This document shows, piece by piece, positions 14,818 through 24,282 of a stretch of DNA of 36,075 nucleotides. Each line of letters starts with the position of its first letter. Position 1 is the stretch's first letter. Source of the stretch: an uncultured archaeon (GTDB lineage Archaea; Iainarchaeota; Iainarchaeia; Iainarchaeales; JAAZKV01). The notes under the pieces were generated by a model. That model had not been told where the DNA came from, made no database searches, and worked only from the letters and a program-made list of their open reading frames with translations. The DNA is taken from NCBI GenBank assembly GCA_964541135.1, contig CAZIPK010000001.1, positions 1 to 36,075 of the forward strand, given 5' to 3'. A program made the translations under genes and the position numbers.

Positions 14818-16692
14818 ATGCTTATGTTTGGGTTCCTAAAGCAAAAATTAACTGATTTTACGAGCAAATTAAAGCAAAAAGCGCAAACCGAAACTGACGA
14901 AAAGGAAAAGCAAGAAGAAAAGATTGAAGAGAAAAAGGAAATTAACAAAGATGATTTTGTTGAAAAAATAAAGACTGAAAAAGAGGAAGAAACCAAAAAA
15001 ATTCAGCAAAAAAAAGAAGCGGCAAAAATACAAGAGAAAGCAAAAGAAACAATCCAAGAAGAAAAAGAAAACCCCCTGCCTGCAAAACAAGAGGAACAAA
15101 AAAAGGAAGAAAAACAAGAAAAAAGAACTGAAACGCAAACAAAGGAAAAATTAAAACAAAAAATTGAAGAAAAACAAAAAGCGCAAATAAAAGAAAAGCC
15201 TGCTGAAGAAATTAAGTCCCAAGAAAAAAAAGGGGGAATACTAGGGAAACTATTTGGTTTTGGAAAAGCAAAAAAGGACGAAACTAAAGCACAAGAAACG
15301 GAGAAAACGAAAAAAGACAAACAAAAAATGCAGGAAACAATAAAAACACAAGAAAAAAAGAAAAAAACAAAAGAAGAACTTGCCAAAGAAATGGAAGAAA
15401 AAATGTTTAAACAAATAGAAAATGAACTGGGTGAAGAAGCAAAAGAAGACACTGAAAAAGAACTAATTGAAATACAAGACAATGTTGAAGAAAAAGCACC
15501 AAAAGCAGAAGAAGAATTAACTAAAGAAAAAATTGAAGAAAGTGCACCAAAATCACAAAAAAAAGAAATTATTGAAGAAGAAAAAATAATTGCAGAAACT
15601 AAAGAAAAAACATTGGAAAAAAATGGAAAACTTGCTCCAGAAGAATCTAAAACTTATAAAAAAGAACCTACTGAAGACTGGGAGAAAGCAGAAGAAGAAT
15701 ATGCTGAGTCTGTGGAAGCTGAAGAAGAAAAAATTGAAAGAAAGGAAAAGCCAAGGGACATTAAAATAAAAACAATTGAAGAAGACAAAAGAGAACTAAA
15801 AGCAAGCGTGGGCGTGGGTGGAAAACTAAAAGGATTTCTGTTTGGTGGAGTAGAGATAAGCGAAAAAGACATTAACGACTTATTGTGGGAACTTGAACTA
15901 AGCCTGATTGAAAGCGATGTGGAACAAGATGCGGCAAGCGAACTCGTAAAACAAATAAAACAAAGACTCATCGGCCAAAAAGTTTCAATAAAACAAATAG
16001 ATGAATACCTAAAAGAACAAATAAAAGAAATACTTACAGAAATGATGAAAACAGAAAACATTGATTTACTTCAAACCGCAAAAAAGAAAAAAGCGGAAAA
16101 AAAGCCATTTGTACTATTGATGCTTGGGCCAAACGGGGCGGGAAAAACAACAAGCATAGCAAAACTAGTACACTATTTTAAGAAAAACAATTTAACAAGC
16201 ATAATAGCAGCAGGAGACACTTTTAGGGCAGGAGCAATAGATCAAATAGAAGAACACGCAAAAAGATTGAACGTAAGAGTAATAAAACAACAATACGGGG
16301 CAGACCCCGCAGCAGTAGCGTTTGACGCGATAAAAGCAGCAGAAGCGGGAAAAATAGATGTAGTGCTTATTGATTCAGCAGGAAGACAAGAAACAAACAA
16401 AAACCTAATGGAAGAATTGCGCAAAATTGAAAGAGTGGCAAAACCGGATTTAAGGATTTATGTCGGAGAAGCATACGTGGGACAAGCATTATTAGATCAG
16501 GTTAATGAATTTAGCGAAATAATAGGAATAGATGGATTCATTTTAACAAAAATTGATACTGACGCCAAAGGCGGAACTGCAATCTCACTCCTATACAAAA
16601 CAAAAAAACCAATAATCTTTGTAGGAACAGGACAAGAATATGATGATTTTAAAGAATTCACGCCGGAATTCGTGCTGGAAAGAATAATATAA
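14818..16692 (+). CDS. ftsY: Signal recognition particle receptor FtsY with a ~330-aa K/E-rich N-terminal region
   Basis: NG domain motifs are LMLGPNGAGKTTSIAKL, AAGDTFRAGAIDQ, DSAGR and LTKIDTDAKGG. The start is ATG 14818 or ATG 14824 (MFGFLKQKL). Confidence 0.95.
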   Translation: MLMFGFLKQKLTDFTSKLKQKAQTETDEKEKQEEKIEEKKEINKDDFVEKIKTEKEEETKKIQQKKEAAKIQEKAKETIQEEKENPLPAKQEEQKKEEKQEKRTETQTKEKLKQKIEEKQKAQIKEKPAEEIKSQEKKGGILGKLFGFGKAKKDETKAQETEKTKKDKQKMQETIKTQEKKKKTKEELAKEMEEKMFKQIENELGEEAKEDTEKELIEIQDNVEEKAPKAEEELTKEKIEESAPKSQKKEIIEEEKIIAETKEKTLEKNGKLAPEESKTYKKEPTEDWEKAEEEYAESVEAEEEKIERKEKPRDIKIKTIEEDKRELKASVGVGGKLKGFLFGGVEISEKDINDLLWELELSLIESDVEQDAASELVKQIKQRLIGQKVSIKQIDEYLKEQIKEILTEMMKTENIDLLQTAKKKKAEKKPFVLLMLGPNGAGKTTSIAKLVHYFKKNNLTSIIAAGDTFRAGAIDQIEEHAKRLNVRVIKQQYGADPAAVAFDAIKAAEAGKIDVVLIDSAGRQETNKNLMEELRKIERVAKPDLRIYVGEAYVGQALLDQVNEFSEIIGIDGFILTKIDTDAKGGTAISLLYKTKKPIIFVGTGQEYDDFKEFTPEFVLERII

Positions 16693-16712
16693 ATCAAAAC
16701 AACTATTATTTA

Positions 16713-17525
16713 ATGAAAATAACCAAAAGCACAAGAGAAAACCTCAAAAAGGATAAATTGGTTTTAGGCAAAAACTGGAAAAAAACATACAAAGGTTTTT
16801 TTGGAAACAAAAAAAACATTGACCAGTTCGTTAAAATTACTTTGCCGTACTTTTTGAACAAACAAAGCATTTCAATATTTTACCCCGCAAGCGCTAATGG
16901 GGGCCTTGGAGAAGAATTAGCCAAAGAACTACGAAAAAAAGGGATTAAAACAAAATTAACAATAAATGATGTTTCAAAAAAGCACCTAAAAGAAAACACC
17001 AACAAAAAAACCAAAAAAATCTGTGCTGATTTGCTAAAATTAAGGTTAAAAGAAAAATTTGACTTAATCATTATGCGAAGCAGTTTGGATTATTTTCCAA
17101 ACAAAAAACTTCAAACCCGAATACTTGGACAAATTAGAAATTGGCTGAAAAAAGAAGGAGTATTCATCAATCAAATCGCAGCACTAAACACCAACCACTC
17201 GCGGGATTGCGCCGATTGCATTTATAACTCAACAAAAAGAATGGGAAAAAGGCACTTTCAAAGCATGGGGGACATTAAACAAATTTACAAAAAAGCGGGC
17301 TTTAAAATTTTGGCGGTTATTAGCGGGCCAAAATTAATCATAACTGCAAAAGAGCACAAAAATAGATACAAAATAACAAAAAAAGATGTTGAAAAAATTA
17401 AATCAATAATAAAAAAATTTAAAACAAGAGAAATTAAAGCAACAAAAAAAGGATATAAAATTAAATTCACTTTCCCAATAATAATTGCAAAAAAATTAAT
17501 TTTAAACAACCAAAAGGATTATTAA
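16713..17525 (+). CDS. Putative class I SAM-dependent methyltransferase
   Basis: Degenerate motif I (IFYPASANGGLG), acidic end of beta2 (TINDVS), motif IV (FDLIIMRSSLDYF), and LKKEGVFINQ. The substrate is unknown. Confidence 0.5.
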   Translation: MKITKSTRENLKKDKLVLGKNWKKTYKGFFGNKKNIDQFVKITLPYFLNKQSISIFYPASANGGLGEELAKELRKKGIKTKLTINDVSKKHLKENTNKKTKKICADLLKLRLKEKFDLIIMRSSLDYFPNKKLQTRILGQIRNWLKKEGVFINQIAALNTNHSRDCADCIYNSTKRMGKRHFQSMGDIKQIYKKAGFKILAVISGPKLIITAKEHKNRYKITKKDVEKIKSIIKKFKTREIKATKKGYKIKFTFPIIIAKKLILNNQKDY

Positions 17526-17547
17526 TTGGCTAAATCAATTTATATTT

Positions 17548-18003
17548 ATGAATAAAAAATCTGTACCCGGCCATCCAAGCCCAAGATCTGTCGCCACCGC
17601 CCACAACACACCTCATATTATCCCCCCGCCCAAAGTTAAAATGATGCATATCAATTCCGTAACTTTTAATAATAGCTTTGCCAGATTAGGCGAAAAGGCA
17701 AAAACTGAATTATTACGAAAATTACACACAAAAGAAGCAACTGAATTTATCCACCCATTAAAAAGAATTATTGTTAGTCACAGGGAAGATAAATTTGTAC
17801 GAATACTTGCTGCAAAAGCGTTGGAGCGAGTGGGAACTGTAGAGGCTGCCAAAGCATTAGAAGAAGCTTTGCTTGAATTAGGGATTGCACACCACAAACC
17901 TGGCGAGTATCAAGACTTACGAGATAATATTACACAATCAATTCATACATTATCTCAAAAGCTAAGGAGTAAAGGGAAGACTTTGCCAGGTTTTATAAAA
18001 TAA
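17548..18003 (+). CDS. Hypothetical protein with HEAT/PBS-lyase-like repeat
   Basis: DKFVRILAAKALERVGTVEAAKALEEALLEL resembles the HEAT_PBS repeat. The N-terminus is Pro-rich. Confidence 0.4.
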   Translation: MNKKSVPGHPSPRSVATAHNTPHIIPPPKVKMMHINSVTFNNSFARLGEKAKTELLRKLHTKEATEFIHPLKRIIVSHREDKFVRILAAKALERVGTVEAAKALEEALLELGIAHHKPGEYQDLRDNITQSIHTLSQKLRSKGKTLPGFIK

Positions 18004-18015
18004 AAAACAACTTTC

Positions 18016-18939
18016 TTAGTATTTTAAACCTTTCAAAGCTGCAATTCGGGATTCTATAGGCGGATGGGTGGCGAATAAACTCATCATCCAAAGCTTTTGG
18101 CCCTTAAGCGGATTAGCAATGTACAAATGAGCAGTAGCCTTATTGGCTGCTTCTAAAGGCTCTGTATCCTTTGAAATCTTTTCAAGCGCACTAGCCAATC
18201 CAAGAGGATTACGAGTCATTTCAGCCGCACTGGCATCCGCCAAAAACTCGCGCTTTCTTGAAATAGCAAAATTAATTATCTGCGCAATAATGGGGGTAAG
18301 AACCGCCAAAATTATTCCAATAACAAGCATAATTAGAAAAAACAAACCATTATCCTTGGAATTAGATCCAGAATGAGAATAAAACACCATTCTTATAATT
18401 AAATCAGAAAGCAAAACAGCAATACCCACAAGAACAGAAGCGATAGTCATGGTCCTAATATCATAATTCTTTATATTGGACAATTCATGAGCAACGACCC
18501 CCTGCAACTCCTCCCTATTCAATCGAGTCAAACAACCAGTAGTAACGCACACAACAGCGTGCTTTGGGTCCCTGCCAGTAGCAAAAGCATTAATAGCGGT
18601 GTCATTAATGACAAAAACCCGCGGCATAGGCAAGCCTGAAGCAATCCTTAACTCATCCACAATATTAATCAACTGCTTAAAATTAGGGTCATCACTTCTG
18701 ACTTCCTTTGCGCCGGAAATTGCAGTAACAATAGAATCACAAGAATAATAAGAAATTAATGCAAAAACAATTATTAGAAAAGCAAAAATGCTAAAAATAG
18801 AGAAAAAAGCAATTCCAAAAGCCCCAAGAATCAATGAAATAACTCCCGCAAGAATTCCAATCAAAACAAAAAAAACCAGAAAAAGAACATAAGTCATACG
18901 CTTATTGCCTGCGATTTGTTCGTAAAAATTAATTGCCAT
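18016..18939 (-). CDS. htpX: HtpX-like M48 family membrane protease homologue with a variant metal motif (HELSN)
   Basis: It has 4 TM segments. INAFATGRDPKHAVVCVTTG, VVAHELSNIKNYD and REFLADASAAEMT match HtpX, except that the second His of HEXXH is Asn (codon AAT; plus coordinates 18475-18477). Confidence 0.85.
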   Translation of the reverse strand: MAINFYEQIAGNKRMTYVLFLVFFVLIGILAGVISLILGAFGIAFFSIFSIFAFLIIVFALISYYSCDSIVTAISGAKEVRSDDPNFKQLINIVDELRIASGLPMPRVFVINDTAINAFATGRDPKHAVVCVTTGCLTRLNREELQGVVAHELSNIKNYDIRTMTIASVLVGIAVLLSDLIIRMVFYSHSGSNSKDNGLFFLIMLVIGIILAVLTPIIAQIINFAISRKREFLADASAAEMTRNPLGLASALEKISKDTEPLEAANKATAHLYIANPLKGQKLWMMSLFATHPPIESRIAALKGLKY

Positions 18940-18980
18940 TTAAAACCACCTGCAAGAAAAAAATAAAAAAAGAGGAAAAA

Positions 18981-19607
18981 CTATTTGTCAAGATCTGAAA
19001 AATTAACCTTGACATTCTTCTTTTCCCCTTCAGTTGCTTCAAAAAACTCTTTATCCTTGTTCATTCCAAACATATTTGCGAAAATGTTACTTGGGAAAAC
19101 TGCAATCATTGTATTCCACTTCATAACCATGTCGTTATAAAACTGGCGCGCGAAAGCAACTTTATTCTCCGTGCTTGCAAGCTCTTCCTGCAAAGCCTTG
19201 AAATTCTCGCTAGCCTGTAGAGTTGGATACGCTTCAGCAACAGCAAACAAACTCTTTAACGCGCCCGTAAGCAAACCATCAGCCTTAGCCGCGTCCTTAG
19301 GAGTCTTTGCTGAAAGCAAAGCGGACCTAGCCTGGGTAACGCCAGTAAGAACTGATTTCTCAAACTTGGCATAACCCTTAACGGTTTCAACCAAATTAGG
19401 AATTAAATCAGCCCTACGCTTTAATTGAACATCAATCTGCGCCCAAGCATTCTCAACCTGCTTTAATGTGGTGACCAAGGAATTGTATATGGCTATAGCA
19501 ATAATCACGATAAGAACTACTATTACCGCAACCACAACCAACCCAATAGTTAAAGGATCCAAAAAAAACCACCTGCAAGTAATTAAGTTAAAATGTTTAA
19601 AAAGCAT
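18981..19607 (-). CDS. lemA: LemA family protein
   Basis: An N-terminal TM helix is followed by YNSLVTTLKQVENAWAQIDVQLKRRADLIPNLVETVKGYAKFEK, the LemA signature. Confidence 0.9.
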   Translation of the reverse strand: MLFKHFNLITCRWFFLDPLTIGLVVVAVIVVLIVIIAIAIYNSLVTTLKQVENAWAQIDVQLKRRADLIPNLVETVKGYAKFEKSVLTGVTQARSALLSAKTPKDAAKADGLLTGALKSLFAVAEAYPTLQASENFKALQEELASTENKVAFARQFYNDMVMKWNTMIAVFPSNIFANMFGMNKDKEFFEATEGEKKNVKVNFSDLDK

Positions 19608-19743
19608 ATGGTTTGGGGGAAACTAAGAGAAAAAAGTTTGGAATGAAAGAAAAAAAATTGGAAAACATAAATAAAAAATGAGAAAAATACAAAAAAAAGA
19701 GAATTTCAAAAAATAAATTAAATAAAAAAAATTTTAAAAAAAA

Positions 19744-20361
19744 CTACAAGTCTCCAGCCTCTCTTTCAGCAGTAATTCGCGCAAGTAACCTAATTGCATC
19801 CAACTTTTGGGCACCAGTTTCGCTACCCATCTGATAAGCGCGCCATAACCTAAAAGCAGCGTCTGAATTAGGCCCGGATCCATGAAAAGCTTCTCTCATT
19901 AGCATTGACTCAATACTTTCCCTTGGAAGTCTAACATATGTTCTTCCAATCTCATCAACTCGGGAATCAAGCGCCCTTTCCCTAAACCTTTCGGTTCTTG
20001 CAGCAGTTTGCCTATTGCCGCTAAGTGGTTCAAACGAAGCCAACCTACTAGCTTTTTCTTGGAGTTCCATTTCTCTTTGAGCTTTTCTAGCCGCTTCTTG
20101 ATTTTGGGTTATTTGATCTTGAATTCCCTTCCTTTGCTTTGCTCGCGCATCAGCCTCGGCTTTAAGCTTTAATTCAACCATTTTACTTCTAATTGCCCTT
20201 GCTTGAGATTGAGTAGCCTTAATTTTTCTCCTGCCAACCCTTGCTTTTAATGGTCGCCCAACGCTTAAACCAAGTGCCCCAATCGCGTCTCTTCTAAACG
20301 ACCTATTACTCTGCTTTTTTGCAAACTTTGCTGTCCTTGCTGAAATTGTGCTTCCTCTCAA
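19744..20361 (-). CDS. Hypothetical Arg/Ala-rich basic coiled-coil protein (compositional outlier)
   Basis: 205-aa ORF with a TTG start preceded by a GGGGG SD-like run. Hand count gives ~31 Arg versus 14 Lys. I recognise no family. Confidence 0.6.
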   Translation of the reverse strand: MRGSTISARTAKFAKKQSNRSFRRDAIGALGLSVGRPLKARVGRRKIKATQSQARAIRSKMVELKLKAEADARAKQRKGIQDQITQNQEAARKAQREMELQEKASRLASFEPLSGNRQTAARTERFRERALDSRVDEIGRTYVRLPRESIESMLMREAFHGSGPNSDAAFRLWRAYQMGSETGAQKLDAIRLLARITAEREAGDL

Positions 20362-20688
20362 ACAAATTCCCCCTAAAACTATTACAAATTAATCCGTCAG
20401 GTGGTTAATAAAGCTTTGGGCGGCTAAAGAGTTTAAAAAGAGAAAAACAAACGCAATAATAAAACTCACAATTTCTAAAATAAAATAAACAAACAAAAAA
20501 ATAAAGCAAACAAATCACACAAAAAAACTAAAGAAATAAATTAAATATCAAAACAAATTAAATAACAAAAAAATCACTAAGCAAAACAGCAAATAACATT
20601 AAATAAAAAAAATAAAAACAATGCAAAAGGAAAACTAAAAAGGTTATGCTAGGTAAAATTACTTAATAAAAGCTAAAAAGTGAATGAA

Positions 20689-22047
20689 ATGGGTTTAGGG
20701 GAAACACTAAGAAAAGCTATGGACAAAATACAAGGCGCAAGCGCCGTGGATAAAGAAACGGTAAAAGAAGCTATTAAAGAAATCCAGCGCGCACTAATAG
20801 CCGCAAACGTGGACACAACCACAGTATTTGCGGTTTCAAAAAGAATTGAAGAAAACGCTTTTGGGGAAATAAAAGGAACACTATCAAGAAGAGAATATGT
20901 AACAAAAATCACTTACGATGCGCTAGTGGAAATGCTTGGAGGAACACGCGCTCCAGGCGAAGTGAAGAGAATATTGTTATGCGGGCTCTTTGGTGTGGGA
21001 AAAACTACTGCAGTAGGCAAAATAGCACACTATTATAAAAAAAGAGGAAAAAAAGTGGGGGTAATATGTGCTGATGTATTCCGACCAGCGGCATTTGAAC
21101 AATTAGAAACAAACGCAAAAATAGCAGGCGCAGAATTCTTTGGAATAAAAGGAGAAAAAAATGCTAAAAAAGTGGTTAAAGAAGGATTAAAAGAATTACA
21201 AAAAAAAGGTTGTGATTTAATTATCTGCGACTCGGCAGGAAGAAGCGCACTGGATGATGAATTAGTAAGAGAAATTAAAGAAATTAATGAAGAATTTAGA
21301 GGAGAAGAAAAATGGCTAGTTATAGGGGCAGACATAGGGAACTTGGCAAAAAAACAAGCACAAGCATTTCACAACGCAGTAGGAATAAACGGAGTAATAA
21401 TTACAAGAATGGATGGAAGCAGTAAAGGAGGAGGCGCTCTAGTAGCATGCAGCGAAACAGGAGCAAGTGTTTATTTTATTTCAACAGGAGAAAAAGTAAA
21501 TGATTTTGAAGCATTTGATGCCAATAGATACTTATCAAGAATAATGGGGTACGGGGACTTGGAAGGACTGCTTGAAAAAGCAAAAGAAGCGGACATAGAA
21601 AATCTAAACCCTGAAGAAATGCTAAAAGGAAATTTTAATTTAAGAATGTTTTACGAACAATTAAAAGCCACAAAAAAAATGGGGCCACTAAACAAAGTGG
21701 CTGAAATGCTTGGATTAAGCGTAAAACTACCAAAAGAATTATTGGAGCAAGGGCAGGAAAAGCTGGACACATTTAAAATAATAATTGACTCCATGACGGA
21801 ACAAGAAAGAGTGGATCCAGAAGTATTGAATAGAAGCAGAATAGAACGAGTAGCAAAAGGCGCGGGAGTAAAGGTTGAAGAAGTAAGGGAACTAATAAAA
21901 CAATACAAACAAATGAAAAAAATGTTTAAAAAATTCAAAAACATTCAAAGCGAAAAAGCAATGAAAAAATTCGGGGAAAAAGGGCTAAGCGATGTACTAA
22001 AACAAATGCAGGGAAAAAAAATGGCTAAAAAATTTAGGTTAAAATAA
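20689..22047 (+). CDS. srp54: Signal recognition particle protein SRP54
   Basis: Motifs GLFGVGKTTAVGKIA, CADVFRPAAFEQL, DSAGR and TRMDGSSKGGGAL, plus a Met/Lys-rich M domain. ATG 20689 lies ~23 nt downstream of the TATA-like CTTAATAAAAG. The track starts at GTG 20680. Confidence 0.95.
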   Translation: MGLGETLRKAMDKIQGASAVDKETVKEAIKEIQRALIAANVDTTTVFAVSKRIEENAFGEIKGTLSRREYVTKITYDALVEMLGGTRAPGEVKRILLCGLFGVGKTTAVGKIAHYYKKRGKKVGVICADVFRPAAFEQLETNAKIAGAEFFGIKGEKNAKKVVKEGLKELQKKGCDLIICDSAGRSALDDELVREIKEINEEFRGEEKWLVIGADIGNLAKKQAQAFHNAVGINGVIITRMDGSSKGGGALVACSETGASVYFISTGEKVNDFEAFDANRYLSRIMGYGDLEGLLEKAKEADIENLNPEEMLKGNFNLRMFYEQLKATKKMGPLNKVAEMLGLSVKLPKELLEQGQEKLDTFKIIIDSMTEQERVDPEVLNRSRIERVAKGAGVKVEEVRELIKQYKQMKKMFKKFKNIQSEKAMKKFGEKGLSDVLKQMQGKKMAKKFRLK

Positions 22048-22099
22048 AAAAGCAAAAACATAATTAAAAAAAATTAATTTTTAAGTAAGGCGATTTAAT

Positions 22100-22402
22100 A
22101 TGGTAAAACACTTAGGTTTTAGGCATAGATTAGAGCCAAGAAAAAAAGACAAGAGAGATAAAACTCACAAACTAACTCCTGATCAAATTACATTAAAACG
22201 TAATAAGGGCATTTTAGAAAAAGAACTTCACGATAGACTGCTGCAGCCAACGCCAGAAAATCTAAAAAATTCACAACTAACAATGGCAAGACACATTCAG
22301 GAATTACAAATAATTTCAAAAACGCACACAAGTCAAGGAGTGCGCTTGCTGGCGAAAGCTCAAATCACAAAACTAAAACAAATACTTGGCCACAAAGAAT
22401 AA
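22100..22402 (+). CDS. Hypothetical small basic His-rich protein
   Basis: 100-aa ORF with an ATG start, sitting between srp54 and the peptidase gene. I recognise no family. Confidence 0.4.
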   Translation: MVKHLGFRHRLEPRKKDKRDKTHKLTPDQITLKRNKGILEKELHDRLLQPTPENLKNSQLTMARHIQELQIISKTHTSQGVRLLAKAQITKLKQILGHKE

Positions 22403-22465
22403 TGAAAAATAATTTCAAAAATCCAAACCCAAACTAATTTAACCCCAAACGCACCTGATTTAAAC

Positions 22466-23266
22466 ATGCTGCAAATAATCCAACAAGCGGTTTTAATATT
22501 AGGAACAGCAACAGGAGCAGTGACTGACGCAAAAACAGGGTATATTTATGACTGGATAACCTACCCCATGCTAATAATAGGTTTTATTCTAGCAGTAATG
22601 CAGCAACAATGGCTAAACATAGGAATAGCAGCAGTAATATTTGCAGCACTTTATATTACGTACAAATTTGGAAAAATTGGAGGTGGGGACGTAAAAATAT
22701 TTTCGGCAATTGCGCTACTAAACCCCACAGGACAAGTAAATTTCTTACTAACCGCAGTATTCTTTGCAGCAATGAGTGCAATGATATTTTATTCAATTTA
22801 TTTTACCTCAAAATACTACCGAAAAGGAATAAATTTTAAAGAAAACAAAGAAGGAATATTAAGAGCAGTAATGTTTGGGGCAATAATAATAATCTACTTT
22901 GGAACAATAACACAGATGCAGATGATTTCAATAACGAACACTGGAATAATAATTGTGCCAATAATTTTTGGATTAGTATTCTTAGCTCTCCAGGAAGGGA
23001 TAAAAAAACACTTCTTTGAACAAAAAATAACAATAGAAAAAATAGAGGAAGACGAAATACTTGCTGAGAACAGAAATGAAAAAAAAGTGACTGAATTATT
23101 GAAAGGAAAACAACTAATAGGGGAAAAAGAAAAGCAATTACTAAAACAACACAAAATAAAATACATTTACGTATTAAGGCAACTACCGCCATTTGGGCCG
23201 TTTATTTTATTAGGGGTTTTGGTTGCAGCATATCAGCCGGATTTAATCATAATGATATTTGCATAA
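22466..23266 (+). CDS. Archaeal A24-family prepilin/preflagellin peptidase
   Basis: Polytopic protein. The first Asp context is AVTDAKTGYIYDW and the second catalytic motif is KIGGGDVKIFSAIALL (GxGD). Confidence 0.8.
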   Translation: MLQIIQQAVLILGTATGAVTDAKTGYIYDWITYPMLIIGFILAVMQQQWLNIGIAAVIFAALYITYKFGKIGGGDVKIFSAIALLNPTGQVNFLLTAVFFAAMSAMIFYSIYFTSKYYRKGINFKENKEGILRAVMFGAIIIIYFGTITQMQMISITNTGIIIVPIIFGLVFLALQEGIKKHFFEQKITIEKIEEDEILAENRNEKKVTELLKGKQLIGEKEKQLLKQHKIKYIYVLRQLPPFGPFILLGVLVAAYQPDLIIMIFA

Positions 23267-23276
23267 GGTGAAATAA

Positions 23277-24146
23277 ATGAAAGTATTGGTGACAGGATCA
23301 AGCGGAATGGTTGGAAAAGAAGTAATTGCTGAATTAAAAGAAAAAAAACACCAGTCTGTTGAATTTGATAAAGAAAATGGCGGCGATATTTTAGATGATA
23401 AAAAACTTAATGAAAAAATGAATGGGGTTGACACAATAATCCACCTAGCAGGAATAATTGATGAAAAAAACCCCAAACTTTGGGAAGTTAATGTAACAGG
23501 AACAAACAAAGTTTTGAATGCAGCAATCAAATCCAAAGTAAAAAAAATAATTTTTGCAAGCTCAACAGCGGTTTATGGAAACACTAAAAATGCCTTGAAT
23601 GAAAACACCCGCATAAACCCAAAAAACAATTATGAAAAAAGCAAAGCAGAAGGCGAAAAAATAATTTTAGGGGCAAAAAACAAAATCACGGTGTGCGTAA
23701 TAAGAAGCGCAATGGTTTTTGGCGCAAATGAATACTGGAAAAAAATGATTAAAATGCTGGAAAAAAAATACCCCTTACCTTGCAGCGGAGAAAATCATTA
23801 CCAAATAATTTACTCAAAAGAAATTGCAAGAGCACTAATCACAGTAATGGAAAAAGGAAAAAATGGAGAAATTTATTTAGCAGCAGGAGAAGAAAAACCA
23901 ACCCTAAACGAATTCTGTGAAATGATTCAAGAAGAAATGGGGCTTGAAAAAAGAGTAAAACACATTCCAAGCTGGCTGGGAATATTACTGGGCAAAATAT
24001 TTGGAATAAAACTGCTTACCAGCGAAAATATAAGACACATAAGCAAGGAAAGAAATTATGACACAACAAAAATCCAAAAACTTGGGTGGAAACAAAACAC
24101 TTCGCTAAAAGAAGCAATAAAAATAGTAATACAAAAACTAAACTAG
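23277..24146 (+). CDS. NAD-dependent epimerase/dehydratase (SDR family)
   Basis: Rossmann motif VLVTGSSGMVGKEV, catalytic YEKSK (YxxxK), and a length typical of extended SDRs. Confidence 0.9.
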   Translation: MKVLVTGSSGMVGKEVIAELKEKKHQSVEFDKENGGDILDDKKLNEKMNGVDTIIHLAGIIDEKNPKLWEVNVTGTNKVLNAAIKSKVKKIIFASSTAVYGNTKNALNENTRINPKNNYEKSKAEGEKIILGAKNKITVCVIRSAMVFGANEYWKKMIKMLEKKYPLPCSGENHYQIIYSKEIARALITVMEKGKNGEIYLAAGEEKPTLNEFCEMIQEEMGLEKRVKHIPSWLGILLGKIFGIKLLTSENIRHISKERNYDTTKIQKLGWKQNTSLKEAIKIVIQKLN

Positions 24147-24282
24147 AAAAAACTCACAACTAAAATATTAACTTTTTTTAAAACACCGACTTTCTTTAAA
24201 AAAAAAATAAGCATTTCAAAGAAATAAACCGGAAATTATTTTTTAATAGCAATCATACTTTCAAACACTTTTATTAGCAAAT

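Noticed and set aside
20362-20680. The 320-nt AT-rich spacer as a replication origin.
   Set aside because: There are no flanking inverted ORB-like repeats or G-strings, and no orc1/cdc6 gene nearby. It reads as a divergent promoter region.
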